This document shows positions 19,450 to 31,733 of a stretch of 64,000 bases of DNA, in pieces. Within the stretch, counting starts at the first letter, position 1; each line of letters starts with the position of its first letter. The stretch spans positions 15,573-79,572 of the forward strand of contig JBDSIB010000073.1 of NCBI GenBank assembly GCA_039918155.1, read 5' to 3'. Position numbers and translations under genes: made by a program. The stretch comes from Ferruginibacter sp. GTDB lineage: Bacteria > Bacteroidota > Bacteroidia > Chitinophagales > Chitinophagaceae. Below the pieces are notes generated by a model. That model made no database searches. It was given only the letters and a program-made list of their open reading frames with translations, and was not told where the DNA came from.

Positions 19450-19636
19450 TAAAGTTCGCAAATTGGTGAACAATGGTATACTGTACAAGTGAGTGACACA
19501 AGGATGATGAAAAATGGTATATCGTTCGCCAACAAAAAAATAAAATAAGTATATAGAAGTTGATAAAGAAAAATGCATCATTAATGTAACCTGATTTCTC
19601 TCAACTGTCAACTATTAACTATCAACTAAAAATGCT

Positions 19637-21613
19637 ATGGCTTTAGATTCAAAAATTCCGCAGGGTGAAATGGATAAAAAGTGGGAAGATTACAAAGCGC
19701 ATGTAAAGCTGGTGAACCCATCAAATAAACGCAAGCTGGAAATTATTGTAATTGGTACCGGTCTTGCCGGTGCTTCTGCAGCAGCATCGCTTGGAGAAAT
19801 GGGTTACAAAGTAAAAACATTTTGTTTTCAGGATAGTCCACGCCGGGCACATAGTATAGCTGCGCAGGGTGGTATCAATGCTGCAAAAAATTATCAAAAT
19901 GATGGCGACTCTGTTTTCCGTTTATTTTACGATACAGTAAAAGGTGGTGATTACCGCAGCCGTGAAGGAAATGTGCACAGGCTTGCGGAAGTAAGTACTT
20001 CTATCATTGATCAATGTGTGGCGCAGGGTGTTCCTTTTGCAAGAGAATATGGTGGCTTATTGAGCAACCGAAGTTTTGGTGGTGTGCAGGTACAGCGTAC
20101 TTTTTATGCTGCCGGGCAAACGGGCCAGCAGTTGTTGTTGGGCGCTTACAGTGCCTTAGAAAGACAGGTTGCATTAGGAAATATAACTCAATACAGTCGC
20201 CACGAAATGCTGGATATTGTAATGATAGATGGCAAAGCACGTGGTATTATTGCACGTGACTTGGTTACAGGAGAGTTGGAAAGACATTTCGGACATGCGG
20301 TACTGTTATGCAGCGGTGGATATGGTAATGTATTTTATTTAAGTACCAATGCAATGGGTAGCAATGTAACTGCAGCCTGGAAAGCACATAAGCATGGTGC
20401 TTATTTTGGAAACCCATGTTTTACGCAAATACATCCTACATGCATACCTGTTAGTGGCGATCATCAAAGCAAATTAACGCTGATGAGTGAAAGCTTACGA
20501 AATGATGGAAGGATATGGGTTCCTAAAGCAAAAGATGATACAAGAAAAGCAAAAGATATTCCTGAAGATGAAAGAGATTATTACCTGGAAAGAAGATATC
20601 CTGCTTTTGGAAACCTAGTGCCGAGAGATGTGGCAAGCCGAGCAGCTAAAGAGCGTTGCGATGCCGGCTATGGCGTAGGTACTACAAAAATGGCAGTATA
20701 TCTGGATTTTGCGGCAGCAATAAAAAGATATGGAAAAATAGAAGCCGGTAAACCAGGAAATGAGAAGACAGAAGAGGAGGGCATTATTGCTTTAGGCAAA
20801 GATGTAGTGAAGGAAAAATATGGTAACCTGTTTGAAATGTATGAAAAGATAACAGGCGAAAATCCTTACGAAACACCGATGAGAATATACCCGGCGGTGC
20901 ATTATACGATGGGTGGTTTATGGGTTGATTATGAGTTACAAACGTCTATTACCGGTTTATATGCTTTAGGTGAAGCCAACTTTAGTGATCATGGTGCGAA
21001 CAGGCTTGGTGCGTCTGCTTTGATGCAGGGATTAGCAGATGGTTATTTTGTAATACCATACACATTAGGAAATTATCTGGCGGATGATATTCGTACAGAA
21101 GCTATTCCAACTACGCACCCGGCATTTGAAGCAAGCGAGAATGCGGTGAGTGAAAGAATAACCAAATTGATGAATATTGGTGGTAAACAATCAGTAGAAA
21201 GTTTCCATAAACGCTTAGGAAAAATAATGTGGGATAAATGCGGCATGGCACGAAATGCACAGGGCTTGCAGGAAGCCATTAAAGAAATTCAGGCATTGAA
21301 AAAAGAATTCTGGAGTGATCTTAAAATACCAGGAACTGTAAATGAATTTAATGCTGAATTAGATAAAGCAGGAAGGGTAGCGGACTTCATTGAATTAGGA
21401 GAATTGATGTGTCTTGATGCTTTAGACAGAAATGAAAGTTGCGGCGGCCATTTCAGAGAGGAAAGCCAAACAGAAGATGGTGAAGCAAAAAGAGATGATG
21501 CAAATTTCAGCTTTGTATCAGCCTGGGAATATAAAGGCGATAGCAACTGGGAACTTCATAAAGAACCTTTGGAATTTGAAATTGTAAAACCAACGCAAAG
21601 GAGTTATAAATAA
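19637..21613 (+). CDS. sdhA: succinate dehydrogenase/fumarate reductase flavoprotein
   Basis: [33 protein letters not shown]. Confidence 0.97.
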   Translation: MALDSKIPQGEMDKKWEDYKAHVKLVNPSNKRKLEIIVIGTGLAGASAAASLGEMGYKVKTFCFQDSPRRAHSIAAQGGINAAKNYQNDGDSVFRLFYDTVKGGDYRSREGNVHRLAEVSTSIIDQCVAQGVPFAREYGGLLSNRSFGGVQVQRTFYAAGQTGQQLLLGAYSALERQVALGNITQYSRHEMLDIVMIDGKARGIIARDLVTGELERHFGHAVLLCSGGYGNVFYLSTNAMGSNVTAAWKAHKHGAYFGNPCFTQIHPTCIPVSGDHQSKLTLMSESLRNDGRIWVPKAKDDTRKAKDIPEDERDYYLERRYPAFGNLVPRDVASRAAKERCDAGYGVGTTKMAVYLDFAAAIKRYGKIEAGKPGNEKTEEEGIIALGKDVVKEKYGNLFEMYEKITGENPYETPMRIYPAVHYTMGGLWVDYELQTSITGLYALGEANFSDHGANRLGASALMQGLADGYFVIPYTLGNYLADDIRTEAIPTTHPAFEASENAVSERITKLMNIGGKQSVESFHKRLGKIMWDKCGMARNAQGLQEAIKEIQALKKEFWSDLKIPGTVNEFNAELDKAGRVADFIELGELMCLDALDRNESCGGHFREESQTEDGEAKRDDANFSFVSAWEYKGDSNWELHKEPLEFEIVKPTQRSYK

Positions 21614-21665
21614 TTAAAGAAGCAGTTAGCTAATAGCTAATGGCTTATAACTAATAGTTTTATTT

Positions 21666-22430
21666 ATGGAACATTACAGCATGAACCTCACTTTAAAAGT
21701 GTGGAAACAGAAAAACAGCAAAGCAAAAGGAAGTTTTGAAACTTATAAAGTGAATGATATTTCATCTGAAATGTCTTTTCTTGAAATGTTTGATGTGCTT
21801 AATGAACAATTGGTACATGATGACAAAGAGCCAATTGCTTTTGATCATGATTGCCGTGAAGGAATTTGTGGCTCCTGCAGCATGTATATTGATGGGCAGC
21901 CACACGGACCATGGCAGCAGAATACTACCTGTCAGTTGCATATGCGTGCATTTAAAGATGGTGACACGATTGTAGTAGAACCATGGCGCAGCCGGGCTTT
22001 CCCGGTTATTAAAGATTTGATTGTAGATCGTACAGCGTTTGACCGTGTAATACAGGCTGGTGGTTATATTAGTGTAAATACGGGTAATGCGCAGGATGCA
22101 AATAATTTACCTATCAATAAGCAAGATGCAGATGATGCTTTTAGTGCAGCAGCCTGTATTGGTTGTGGTGCATGTGTAGCAGCTTGTAAAAATGGTAGTG
22201 CTATGCTTTTTGTAAGTGCAAAAGTTTCTCAACTGGCTTTATTACCGCAAGGCCAGCCGGAAAGAGAAACAAGAGTATTAAGCATGGTAACGCAGATGGA
22301 TAAAGAAGGTTTTGGAAATTGCACCAATACATACGCCTGCGAAGCAGAATGCCCTAAAGGTATTTCGGTTGCAAATATTGCCCGGATGAACAGGGAATAT
22401 CTTGGCGCAGGATTAGATGCCAAAGAGTAA
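21666..22430 (+). CDS. sdhB: succinate dehydrogenase/fumarate reductase iron-sulfur subunit
   Basis: [32 protein letters not shown]. Confidence 0.97.
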   Translation: MEHYSMNLTLKVWKQKNSKAKGSFETYKVNDISSEMSFLEMFDVLNEQLVHDDKEPIAFDHDCREGICGSCSMYIDGQPHGPWQQNTTCQLHMRAFKDGDTIVVEPWRSRAFPVIKDLIVDRTAFDRVIQAGGYISVNTGNAQDANNLPINKQDADDAFSAAACIGCGACVAACKNGSAMLFVSAKVSQLALLPQGQPERETRVLSMVTQMDKEGFGNCTNTYACEAECPKGISVANIARMNREYLGAGLDAKE

Positions 22431-22454
22431 TTTTATTAAAATAATTTTATACTT

Positions 22455-22480
22455 AGCCCTCTATCACAGAGGGCTTTTTT
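22455..22480 (+). terminator. intrinsic terminator of sdhCAB
   Basis: agccctct-atcac-agagggct followed by a T-run. Confidence 0.85.
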
Positions 22481-22524
22481 ATTAAAATTGTTTAACTTGA
22501 TGCATAATTAAACTAACCGTACCC

Positions 22525-23733
22525 ATGAAATTTCGATTAACAATTATCTTCTGCTTGCTAGTTAGTTTGTCGTATGCACAGGTTATAGTAACTGGTAAAA
22601 TTATGGATGCTACAACAGGCAAAGCTATACCTGGTGCAAGTGTATATATTAATCAAACCCGTATTGGCACTATGTCCGACGGTGCCGGGAACTTCAAGAT
22701 CAGTAGTGCAACTAATGCAAATTTTGATCTGGTTGTCTCTTGTATCGGCTATAAAACTTATTTCAAAGCAATCTCTCTTAGTAATAATCATTTTTTAAAT
22801 ATAAAGCTTGAGGCTAAGACAAAGCAATTGGAGAATATTGTGCTTCACCATTATGAAAAAAATGGCTGGGAAAAATGGGGCGACTTATTTACTAAATTTT
22901 TTATTGGTAAGTCGGCTTATGCAAAAAATTGTCGTATAAAAAATAAGGATGTTATTAAATTCTGGATGGATGATAAAAATAAAATTCTCAGCGTAGAAGC
23001 CCTGGAACCAATTCAAATAGAGAATAAAGCACTAGGTTATATCATCCGGTATGATATGCAAAAATTTGAATATGATATTAATGGAAAGTTTATTGCTTTT
23101 TCAGGCTTTCCTTTTTTTATTGATATGAAAGGTTCTAAATCGGATGCTCTTAAATGGGTAGTAAAGCGAAAAGAAGCGTATACAGGCAGTGTAATGCATT
23201 TTATGCGTAGCTTATTTAGCGACAGTTTAAGAGCAGATGGATTTATTGTACAGCATTTACAACGAACTCCAAACTTAGAAAGACAGAGGGTAAAAGAAAT
23301 TTATGAAAGAGACGTTAAGCCTTTAAAGGAGGGGACAAATAATTGGAAGTACACGGAGGATGACAGCATTAGCTATTATAATCGTATTATGGCGCAGCCT
23401 GATTATTATGATGTTTATGATAGAAATATCCTTTCAGCTGATAGTATTTCATTTAAAGTAGATGAAAGTAAGAAGCAAATGTTTTTTGAAAACTATCTAC
23501 AGGTTATTTGCACAAACAAAAAAGAAACCAAGGAATTCATGCTGGCAGCAGGAGATCATACCTCCCACTATATCAAGTCCTTTATTAAATTACTTTCGCA
23601 TGATCCTGTTTCGATCTATTCTAACGGGCTTTACTACGATACCCAGAATTTATTTGTAGAAGGCTATTGGAGTTGGAGTGAAAAGGTTGCAGAAATGCTA
23701 CCGTATGATTACCAACCCGAAAATTGGTCTTAG
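22525..23733 (+). CDS. carboxypeptidase-like regulatory domain-containing exported protein
   Basis: Signal peptide; TGKIMDATTGKAIPGASV...GTMSDGAGNF...VSCIGY (CarbopepD_reg_2-like). Confidence 0.82.
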   Translation: MKFRLTIIFCLLVSLSYAQVIVTGKIMDATTGKAIPGASVYINQTRIGTMSDGAGNFKISSATNANFDLVVSCIGYKTYFKAISLSNNHFLNIKLEAKTKQLENIVLHHYEKNGWEKWGDLFTKFFIGKSAYAKNCRIKNKDVIKFWMDDKNKILSVEALEPIQIENKALGYIIRYDMQKFEYDINGKFIAFSGFPFFIDMKGSKSDALKWVVKRKEAYTGSVMHFMRSLFSDSLRADGFIVQHLQRTPNLERQRVKEIYERDVKPLKEGTNNWKYTEDDSISYYNRIMAQPDYYDVYDRNILSADSISFKVDESKKQMFFENYLQVICTNKKETKEFMLAAGDHTSHYIKSFIKLLSHDPVSIYSNGLYYDTQNLFVEGYWSWSEKVAEMLPYDYQPENWS

Positions 23734-23862
23734 GTTTTATCGTTAACAATGGCTGATTGGGTAAATATTTGTGAAAAATCTACGTTATTCTATAAATCCT
23801 ACGGCATTTGGTAAAAGACCAGCCTAATAGTGGTAATTTTAAAGTAGACTAACTCCCAAAGA

Positions 23863-26800
23863 TTGAATTTTAGAAGGCTATACTTATTTGTTATTGCATT
23901 ACTGCTTGGCCAAATGTTGTATGCACAGATAAATCCTTCGCCTTTATCCAATCTCCGGAGAAAATATATCATTGTAAAAACGCCTTTTCAAAAAATAGAT
24001 AGTGCCAGTATTGCACCAAATACGCTAATCATTTTAAATGTTCCCGCATCTTCATACAAGTTAGATGAAGTAAATGCGACTATTTACTGGAATACAAAAC
24101 CTGCATTTGATACGCTATTCGTTACCTATCGGGTTTTCCCTTTTAAATTAAATGCGATCGTACAACGCTATAATTACGATAGCATCAAACAGAATTTTTT
24201 GGCTGAGCGCCCGGTAAAGATCAATAATACATTGAATGGCCAAAATCCCTTGCTGGACTTTGGCGGCATTCATACAGAAGGTAGTTTTGGCCGGGCCATA
24301 TCTTTTGGAAATGCGCAGGATGCCGTTGTGAACAGCACCATGAATCTTCAGTTGAACGGTTTTATCGGTGATAGCCTTGAACTTACAGCAGCAGTTACCG
24401 ACAACAATATTCCAATACAACCGGATGGCAATACCCAGGATCTTAGAGACTTTGACCGTATTTTTTTACAGGTAAAAAAAAGGAATTGGCAGGTAAACTT
24501 TGGCGATATCGATATAAGGCAAAGCAAAAACTATTTTCTTAATTTTTATAAAAGATTACAAGGCGTTTCTTTTATAACTGATAATAAGATAGGCAAGAAC
24601 ATTTCCAACTCCTTGTTATTAAGTGGCGCCATTGCAAAAGGGAAATTTACACGTAATGTATTAACTACATTAGAAGGAAACCAAGGACCATACCGACTTA
24701 CAGGCTCTAACAATGAATTATACTTTGTAGTACTTGCCGGTACAGAAAAAGTTTTTATAGACGGCGTACTGATGCAAAGAGGCGAAGACCAAGACTATGT
24801 TATAAATTATAATACAGCTGAAATAACGTTTACCCCTAAACGACTTATTACAAAAGATAGCAGGGTGCAGGTTGAATTTGAATATGCAGATCGCAATTAT
24901 CTTAACTCACAATTATACGCCAGCGATGAAGTTAGTATTTCTAAAAAACTTAACGTGTATATGGGGGCGTACGCAAATACGGATGCTAAAAATTCTGCCA
25001 TTGATCAAACGCTGGACAACCAGCAGAAGCAATTTCTTTCTCAAATAGGAGACAGTATCAACTCCGCATTTTACCAGAGTTCTGCAAGAGATACTTTTGC
25101 TGTTGGCAAAATATTATACAAAAAAATTGATACGGTTTATAATATTTCCATTCATGATTCCATATTTGTACAGTCATCTAATCCGTCGGATATATTGTAC
25201 AATTTATCTTTTAGTTATGTTGGTGCAGGTAGAGGAAATTACACTCAACTGCTGAATGCTACCAATGGTAAAGTGTTCGGCTGGGTACAGCCAGATAATA
25301 ATGATTTACCACAAGGAGATTGGGAACCGGTCTCATTGTTGATCACACCAAAAAAATTACAGGTATTTACCGTAGGTGCAGACTATTTTTTTAATACCCA
25401 TCTTAAACTAAAGTCTGAAGTTGCAATGAGTAATTATGATGTAAATCTCTTTTCAACAAAAGATAAAGACAATGACAGGGGTGTGGGTGCAAAATTCGTT
25501 TTGCAGAATGATAGTCAAAAAGTAAAATTCGGTGATAAATTATTCAATCTGCAAACGCTTGCGGGCTATGAATTTGTGCAGAAGAAATTTACCCCATTGG
25601 AACGTTTAAGAAATGTAGAATTTCTGCGTGACTGGAGCCTGCCCTACGACGCACCTGCTGCGGATGAACAGCTAAGCAACGCATCTGCAAGGCTTACAGA
25701 CAAAAAAGGAAATAACCTGCAATATGATATTACCAATTATCAACGAAGTGATAGTTACAATGGATGGCGGCAGAGAATAAGCAATTACAATGAGTACAAA
25801 GGCTTTAAAATAACAGATGATATAAGTTATACAGCATTTAACAGCAACCAGCAAAAAGGTAATTTCTTTCGTCCAACTATTGACGTGAAAAAAGTATTGA
25901 AAAAATTCAAATTGATGGAGACAGGAGTAAAATATACCGGTGAGTATAATAAACTTTTAGATAAGGCAGCAGATTCCCTGACGGCTTTTAGTTTCGCATT
26001 TAATATGTATGAATTTTACCTCCGCTCCAACCAGGCAAAATTAAATAAGTGGGGCTTTTCTTTTTTTACAAGAAATGACTTGTTACCAGAAGCAAAATCG
26101 TTGGTAAAAGTGAATAAAAGCAATAATTATAATTTCACTACCGAGCTGTTGAAAAACGAAACACAACAGATAAAATTTAATCTTACCTATCGTACACTGC
26201 ATGTGATCAACCCGACACTTAGTCCGCAGAAAGAAGATAAAACATTATTGGGAAGAACAGAATATAATGTAACTAAATGGAAAGGCTTTTTAATAGGAAA
26301 TGCACTTTATGAAATTGGCAGCGGCCAGGAACAAAAGCGGGAATACACTTATATAGAAGTGCCGGCAGGACAGGGCCAATACACATGGATCGATTATAAC
26401 GGAGACGGGATTCCGGAATTAAATGAATTTGAAGAAGCAGTTTTCCAGGATCAGAAAAAATACATCAGGGTATTTACACCGGGTAGCGCATATGTGAAAG
26501 CAAATTATCTGCAATTCAATTACAGCATCAGCATTGACCCCAAAGCAATAATTAAAGACAGCAATCCGAAAGGCATTAAAAAAATATTTGTACGTAGTAA
26601 TACAACTTCTGCATTGCAGATCAGTAAGAAAAATTTATCAGATGCTAATTTTTTATTCAACCCTTTCAGTCAGAAATTAGTAGATACAACTTTACTTTCG
26701 CTCAACTCATTTTTTTCAAATACATACTTTTATAACCGCACCAGTTCAAAATGGGGCTTCGATTTTACGCATAGCAAATCATCTAACAAAGCCATTCTCG

Positions 26801-27360
26801 CATACGGGTTTGAAAGCCGGAACCTTACAACACTTTCCAGCCGGATAAGAATAAATCTTAATAAAAATTTTGTAAGCAACTTTGTATTACGGGAGACGAA
26901 AAATATACTTGCAACGGCAGCCGCACAATTTGGTAATCGTAATTATAATATCAGGCAGAAAGCAGTTGAGCCAAATATCAGTTACATCTACCGCTCTAAT
27001 TTAAGAGTTACTTTAGGCTATTCTTATTCAAGCAAGCATAATACGATTGATTCTCTCGAAAGTTCTATCAATAATGCCTTGACAACTGAAGTTAAATACA
27101 ATATACTTTCCAGCAGTAGTATTAATGCAAAATTTACTTTAAACCAGATATCTTTTAATGGCTATTCCGGCTCGGCAAATACTACTGTGGGCTATATTTT
27201 ATTAGATGGTCTTGTACCTGGAAAAAATTATTTATGGAATATCGATTATACAAAGAGAATAGGAGGAAATATAGAAATGAGCCTTCAGTACGAAGGGCGT
27301 AAGCCAGGCAGTTCGAGAGTTATAAATATCGGGCGGGCGTCTGTGAGAGCATTGTTCTAA
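23863..27360 (+). CDS. large conserved outer-membrane (beta-barrel-like) hypothetical protein
   Basis: 1165-aa ORF, signal peptide, [13 protein letters not shown] motif, C-terminal Phe (VRALF). Confidence 0.75.
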   Translation: MNFRRLYLFVIALLLGQMLYAQINPSPLSNLRRKYIIVKTPFQKIDSASIAPNTLIILNVPASSYKLDEVNATIYWNTKPAFDTLFVTYRVFPFKLNAIVQRYNYDSIKQNFLAERPVKINNTLNGQNPLLDFGGIHTEGSFGRAISFGNAQDAVVNSTMNLQLNGFIGDSLELTAAVTDNNIPIQPDGNTQDLRDFDRIFLQVKKRNWQVNFGDIDIRQSKNYFLNFYKRLQGVSFITDNKIGKNISNSLLLSGAIAKGKFTRNVLTTLEGNQGPYRLTGSNNELYFVVLAGTEKVFIDGVLMQRGEDQDYVINYNTAEITFTPKRLITKDSRVQVEFEYADRNYLNSQLYASDEVSISKKLNVYMGAYANTDAKNSAIDQTLDNQQKQFLSQIGDSINSAFYQSSARDTFAVGKILYKKIDTVYNISIHDSIFVQSSNPSDILYNLSFSYVGAGRGNYTQLLNATNGKVFGWVQPDNNDLPQGDWEPVSLLITPKKLQVFTVGADYFFNTHLKLKSEVAMSNYDVNLFSTKDKDNDRGVGAKFVLQNDSQKVKFGDKLFNLQTLAGYEFVQKKFTPLERLRNVEFLRDWSLPYDAPAADEQLSNASARLTDKKGNNLQYDITNYQRSDSYNGWRQRISNYNEYKGFKITDDISYTAFNSNQQKGNFFRPTIDVKKVLKKFKLMETGVKYTGEYNKLLDKAADSLTAFSFAFNMYEFYLRSNQAKLNKWGFSFFTRNDLLPEAKSLVKVNKSNNYNFTTELLKNETQQIKFNLTYRTLHVINPTLSPQKEDKTLLGRTEYNVTKWKGFLIGNALYEIGSGQEQKREYTYIEVPAGQGQYTWIDYNGDGIPELNEFEEAVFQDQKKYIRVFTPGSAYVKANYLQFNYSISIDPKAIIKDSNPKGIKKIFVRSNTTSALQISKKNLSDANFLFNPFSQKLVDTTLLSLNSFFSNTYFYNRTSSKWGFDFTHSKSSNKAILAYGFESRNLTTLSSRIRINLNKNFVSNFVLRETKNILATAAAQFGNRNYNIRQKAVEPNISYIYRSNLRVTLGYSYSSKHNTIDSLESSINNALTTEVKYNILSSSSINAKFTLNQISFNGYSGSANTTVGYILLDGLVPGKNYLWNIDYTKRIGGNIEMSLQYEGRKPGSSRVINIGRASVRALF

Positions 27361-27361
27361 C

Positions 27362-27392
27362 AAAAATAGCGACAAATAAATTTGTCGCTATT
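27362..27392. terminator. hairpin terminator between convergent genes
   Basis: aatagcgacaaat-aa-atttgtcgctatt. Confidence 0.7.
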
Positions 27393-27469
27393 CTAATTGG
27401 TTATAAAGTAAGGTATTTGGTTTTTCTACTGGAATTCTGTAATCTTTCTAAGGATATTAAACTTTAAAA

Positions 27470-28468
27470 TTAGCTAAAAAGCCCACCTTTTTTTAAAGGT
27501 CTGTAAGCTTCGCCTACTTTAAAGCCGTTATTAAATACTTCAATTTTATAATTACCTGTAAGGAAGTTACTGTTTTGTTTCCAGTCGAAAGTTACATTCT
27601 GTTTTTTACTCTGAGTATAATTAACATCTAACTTCTGAGTAAAAGCTTTTGACTCACCATCTCTTGTTGTGAAATTGCCGGATCCTAAAGCATCAACTGC
27701 TATTGGTGTACCGTCTGGTGCCGTAATACAAACATATAATTCTTTCGTTCCTGATGGTGTTACCATGTTCTCGTCAAGATCAAAACTGATACGCAATTTA
27801 TCCACTCTTTTAGCTGTTTCAGTTTCTTTCTCTTTACCATTCTTCTTGTCTTTTATACCAACAATATTAAAATTAGAGGCATGTAAAGTAGAAGCTATGT
27901 CAATTTGTTTATTTCTATCCTGCAAAACAACAGTGGTAGAATCATAATCTTTCTGAATTCTATTTCTCTGTTGAGTGACAACTGCTTTTTCCTGTGTCAA
28001 TTGTACTTTCTGACCCTGTAATATTTCAACCTGGTTTTTGTAACCTTCAATATCTCCGTTCAAAGATGCTATCAGGTTTTTAGCTTCAGAAAGTTCTGCC
28101 GCTGTTGCATTAGATTTGCTAAGTAAAGCCTGAATTCTTGTTCTTTTTTCTTGTATATCAGTGTCTTTTGCAGAGATCGTGCTGTCTTTTTTTGAATTGG
28201 AAGTCTTAAGCATATCATAGCGCATTGCTGCATCTTCCAGTTCTTTCTGCAATTCATCTCTTTGAGTAGATGTAGTTGCAATTACATTTTCTTTTTGATC
28301 TACTACCTCTTTAGTTTTGCTATGATCATAAATGATATAACCCCAGGTACCTAACAGCGCAGCTACCAACAAACCGGTAATAATAGCACGGTTGCTTTTT
28401 CTAGATGAGTTAGAAGAGGTTACCTCTCTATTCGGTTGTTCTGCCTCGGGAAAGTTTTCGAAAGCCAT
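27470..28468 (-). CDS. membrane-anchored coiled-coil hypothetical protein
   Basis: Single N-terminal TM, long coiled coil, C-terminal beta domain. Confidence 0.75.
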   Translation of the reverse strand: MAFENFPEAEQPNREVTSSNSSRKSNRAIITGLLVAALLGTWGYIIYDHSKTKEVVDQKENVIATTSTQRDELQKELEDAAMRYDMLKTSNSKKDSTISAKDTDIQEKRTRIQALLSKSNATAAELSEAKNLIASLNGDIEGYKNQVEILQGQKVQLTQEKAVVTQQRNRIQKDYDSTTVVLQDRNKQIDIASTLHASNFNIVGIKDKKNGKEKETETAKRVDKLRISFDLDENMVTPSGTKELYVCITAPDGTPIAVDALGSGNFTTRDGESKAFTQKLDVNYTQSKKQNVTFDWKQNSNFLTGNYKIEVFNNGFKVGEAYRPLKKGGLFS

Positions 28469-28660
28469 AATGGTAAGTTTTTCTTATTAGTAAATATGAT
28501 TCAAGTTCAATTAAAACTTTGTATCCACTTAAAGCCGATTATTGGATATTTTTGCTTTTTAAGTGATTACTGCATGCTATTTTCCAAAACTATGCCAAAA
28601 ACAAAAATGCTATTATTTTTTATTAAGATTAATGCTAATATTGGTTAATAACTATTATAA

Positions 28661-29659
28661 ATGAGTGCCGAAAAAATACTTGCCGCCTGGCAAAAAAAAG
28701 ATTTTAAACCTGTTTACTGGTTATCCGGTGACGAGGACTATTATATTGACCAACTTGTAAATTATGCCGAGCATAACCTGTTAACACCTGAAGAATCGTC
28801 TTTTAATCTGACTATTCTTTACGGTCGTGATTCCGACTGGGCATCTATTGTAAACGCCTGCAAGCGGTATCCGATGTTTGCCGAGAGGCAGGTCGTTATA
28901 TTAAAAGAAGCTCAGCATTTAAAAGAAATTGAAAAACTGGAGCAATACATTTCTTCGCCACTTTCATCCACGGTTTTTATTGTTGCATATAAAGAGAAGA
29001 CGTTCGACAAACGAAAATCTTTTTACAAAATGCTGCAAACAAAGGCAGAAGTATTTAATACCATAAAGCTTAAAGATGAAAAGCTTCCGGAGTGGATCGG
29101 TGAACTTGTACAGGCAAAAGGTTATAAGATCGGCAGCAAAGCCATTGCATTGCTGCAGGAACATATTGGAAATGATCTTAGCCGAATTGCAAATGAGGTA
29201 GACAAATTATCTGTAAACCTTAAAGGCAAAAAAAGTATTGATGAAGACGATATTGAAAAATACATCGGTATCAGTAAAGAATACAACGTTTTTGAGTTGC
29301 AGGCCGCTATTGCAAAAAAGGATCTTTCAAAAGCTATAAAAATTCTGGCATATTTCGAAAGCAATCCAAAAGCAGGCCCTATTCAACAGACTTTGCCGGC
29401 GCTTTATTTTAATTTCAGTAAAATTTATGGCGTGTATGGTATGAGTGATAAAAGTGACAATGCATTAAAGCCGGTTTTTTATTTTAACCCAAATGCATTG
29501 CAGCAGGCAAAAGACCTGATGAAAAATTATGGCTATGCAGGTATTGAAAAAATGCTGCTCCTTTTACACCATTATAATTTAAAAAGTATCGGAATTGATA
29601 ACGGCGGGGTGGAGCAGGGTTCGCTAATGAAAGAAATGGTTTTAAAAATGATGATGTGA
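28661..29659 (+). CDS. holA: DNA polymerase III delta subunit
   Basis: FKPVYWLSGDEDYYID, YPMFAERQVVILKEAQ, IGISKEYNVFEL. Confidence 0.93.
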   Translation: MSAEKILAAWQKKDFKPVYWLSGDEDYYIDQLVNYAEHNLLTPEESSFNLTILYGRDSDWASIVNACKRYPMFAERQVVILKEAQHLKEIEKLEQYISSPLSSTVFIVAYKEKTFDKRKSFYKMLQTKAEVFNTIKLKDEKLPEWIGELVQAKGYKIGSKAIALLQEHIGNDLSRIANEVDKLSVNLKGKKSIDEDDIEKYIGISKEYNVFELQAAIAKKDLSKAIKILAYFESNPKAGPIQQTLPALYFNFSKIYGVYGMSDKSDNALKPVFYFNPNALQQAKDLMKNYGYAGIEKMLLLLHHYNLKSIGIDNGGVEQGSLMKEMVLKMMM

Positions 29660-29749
29660 TTTTAGAATACCAGCTTTAGTATTTCATGGAAGCATCGTTG
29701 CGTCGCACTCCGTTCATCGGCATACCAATGGGCAACAGTAATTGTGTGG

Positions 29750-30673
29750 TTAGCTTTCTGCTTCAGCTTCTATTTTATCCTTTGCAAGTTGTGCTTTCAG
29801 TTCGTCAAGGCTTTTAAATTTTACTTCAGACCGCAGTCTCTTTTTTATTGTAACCTTTATTGTTTCACCATAAATATCCATATCAAAATCAAAAATATTT
29901 ACTTCAATTACTCTTTTGCTTCCGTCAACCGTTGGCCTTACGCCAATATTCATCATCCCTTTGTATTTTTTTCCAACCACTTCGGTATCTACAGCATATA
30001 CACCATTTGCAGGTATCAACTTATTAGCATCTTCAGGTTCCAGATTTGCGGTTGGGTAACTGATCGTTCTGCCTAATTTATTTCCTTCAACTACTTTTCC
30101 TGAGAAAAAATATTCGTATCCCAAAAAGTTCTTTGCCGTTTCAATATCACCATTCAGCAATGCTTCTCTTATTTTGGTAGAGCTCACTGTCACATCCTGC
30201 AATACATGCTCCGGTATTTCTTTCACCTTAAATTGATAATTAAGTGCTTCTTTTTCCAACAGCTTATAATCACCTTCCCTGTTTTTTCCAAACCGATGAT
30301 CATACCCGATTATAATGGTGGCCGGGTTCAGTTTATCTACTAAAAAATCTTTTATATAATTCAGCGCAGGCTGTTCCGCAAAAGCTTTCGTAAATGGCAC
30401 TACAACAATATTATCTATACCTTTTGAATAAAGCAGTTTGTATTTTTCTTCTGGTGTATTTAAAGTGTATAGAGGCTTTTTTGTAGTTTCTATTACCTGC
30501 TTTGGATGAGGAAAAAAAGTTATTAGAACAGGTGTTCCGTCTATAAGCGCCGCTTCTTTTATAAGCTGATCTATGATCTGGGTATGTCCCAAATGCACGC
30601 CATCGAAAGTACCAATGGTAACGACAGTATTTTTAAACTGCGGTAAATGATTAATTTCTTTGTAAACCTTCAT
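29750..30673 (-). CDS. ribF: bifunctional riboflavin kinase/FAD synthetase
   Basis: GTFDGVHLGH, GYDHRFG, VSSTKIR, GRTISYPTAN; start placed at MKVYKE (30673). Confidence 0.96.
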   Translation of the reverse strand: MKVYKEINHLPQFKNTVVTIGTFDGVHLGHTQIIDQLIKEAALIDGTPVLITFFPHPKQVIETTKKPLYTLNTPEEKYKLLYSKGIDNIVVVPFTKAFAEQPALNYIKDFLVDKLNPATIIIGYDHRFGKNREGDYKLLEKEALNYQFKVKEIPEHVLQDVTVSSTKIREALLNGDIETAKNFLGYEYFFSGKVVEGNKLGRTISYPTANLEPEDANKLIPANGVYAVDTEVVGKKYKGMMNIGVRPTVDGSKRVIEVNIFDFDMDIYGETIKVTIKKRLRSEVKFKSLDELKAQLAKDKIEAEAES

Positions 30674-30962
30674 AAAAAACTGTTGCAAATCTAATGGATA
30701 ATTTAGTAATCTACGTACTGGTAAACTGAAAGAGTACAAATTGCTAACCGGCATACCCTTATTCTTAAAATATTCAAAGGCTATAACCAGCGGAAGTTGG
30801 TATCAGAACGCTTTACTAGAAGAAACTTTACCTGTAGTTTACGGTGGCTATTATGGAACAATGCAGGCTTACTAAAAAAACCGGAAGTCCATTTTTCCGT
30901 CAATGCCTGTAATAAGATTTAATAATCATAAAAATGAGATCATTGAAAGTAGTACAGTCATT

Positions 30963-31733
30963 TTATTTATGCCGAAACCAGCAATCCGCTCTTTCGCTTT
31001 CATATTTTTTAAAAACTGTGTTTACTGGTTTTCCATGAAGTATTTTATCTGCAAAAACAGTCCGGGCTATGTAGTTAAAAACGCCCATGTCTAAAGTGTA
31101 AGCAGTTTTATTTGTAGATGAGTAGGCTTTGTGCATATCTACCATTTTATCCAGCAATAATTTCATCACTGTTATGTTTGCGCCAATAACGCCGCAGTTA
31201 AGCAATGGTTTATTTTTGTTTAATGCTTCGTATATACTAAATTCAGGCATTGAATTTCTTAGATGATCATTGTGGGCCTGCATCCATTCATTATCCAATA
31301 GTTTAGGCTCATCTCCGCAAAATAAGCAGTCTGAATTTTCTATAAAAATACTGCTTTCAAATGGATCATTAATTACTTCTACATCAGTAATATCAGTAAT
31401 AAAAAGATGGTTGATCTGCTGCGAATATTGCCTGATAAAATCCTGGTAAATAAAATAACGAAATACATTTGGATTTAATTTTTCATCATATGCAACTTCA
31501 ATAAACTGAACATAATCGTTGGCATATTTTTTAATAATTTCTTTTGAAAAAGCATTGTGAAATACAATGGCATTTAATTTAAGCTTTACAATGGAGTCAT
31601 ACCATTTTTGTATAGTTGCAAAATTATCTTTCTCTAAAACTTCATTTCTGTTTACATCATACACGCCAGTGAGCAATGAAGCGAAAATGAAATCAGTAGC
31701 GTTATTAGAGTGTGTATTACCAGGCATTAGCAA
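30963..31733 (-). CDS. hypothetical protein, possibly a GT-A fold glycosyltransferase
   Basis: FITDITDV (DxD-like), LNCGVIG, DMGVFNY, C-terminal FRHK; abuts a GT2 gene. Confidence 0.55.
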   Translation of the reverse strand: MLMPGNTHSNNATDFIFASLLTGVYDVNRNEVLEKDNFATIQKWYDSIVKLKLNAIVFHNAFSKEIIKKYANDYVQFIEVAYDEKLNPNVFRYFIYQDFIRQYSQQINHLFITDITDVEVINDPFESSIFIENSDCLFCGDEPKLLDNEWMQAHNDHLRNSMPEFSIYEALNKNKPLLNCGVIGANITVMKLLLDKMVDMHKAYSSTNKTAYTLDMGVFNYIARTVFADKILHGKPVNTVFKKYESERADCWFRHK

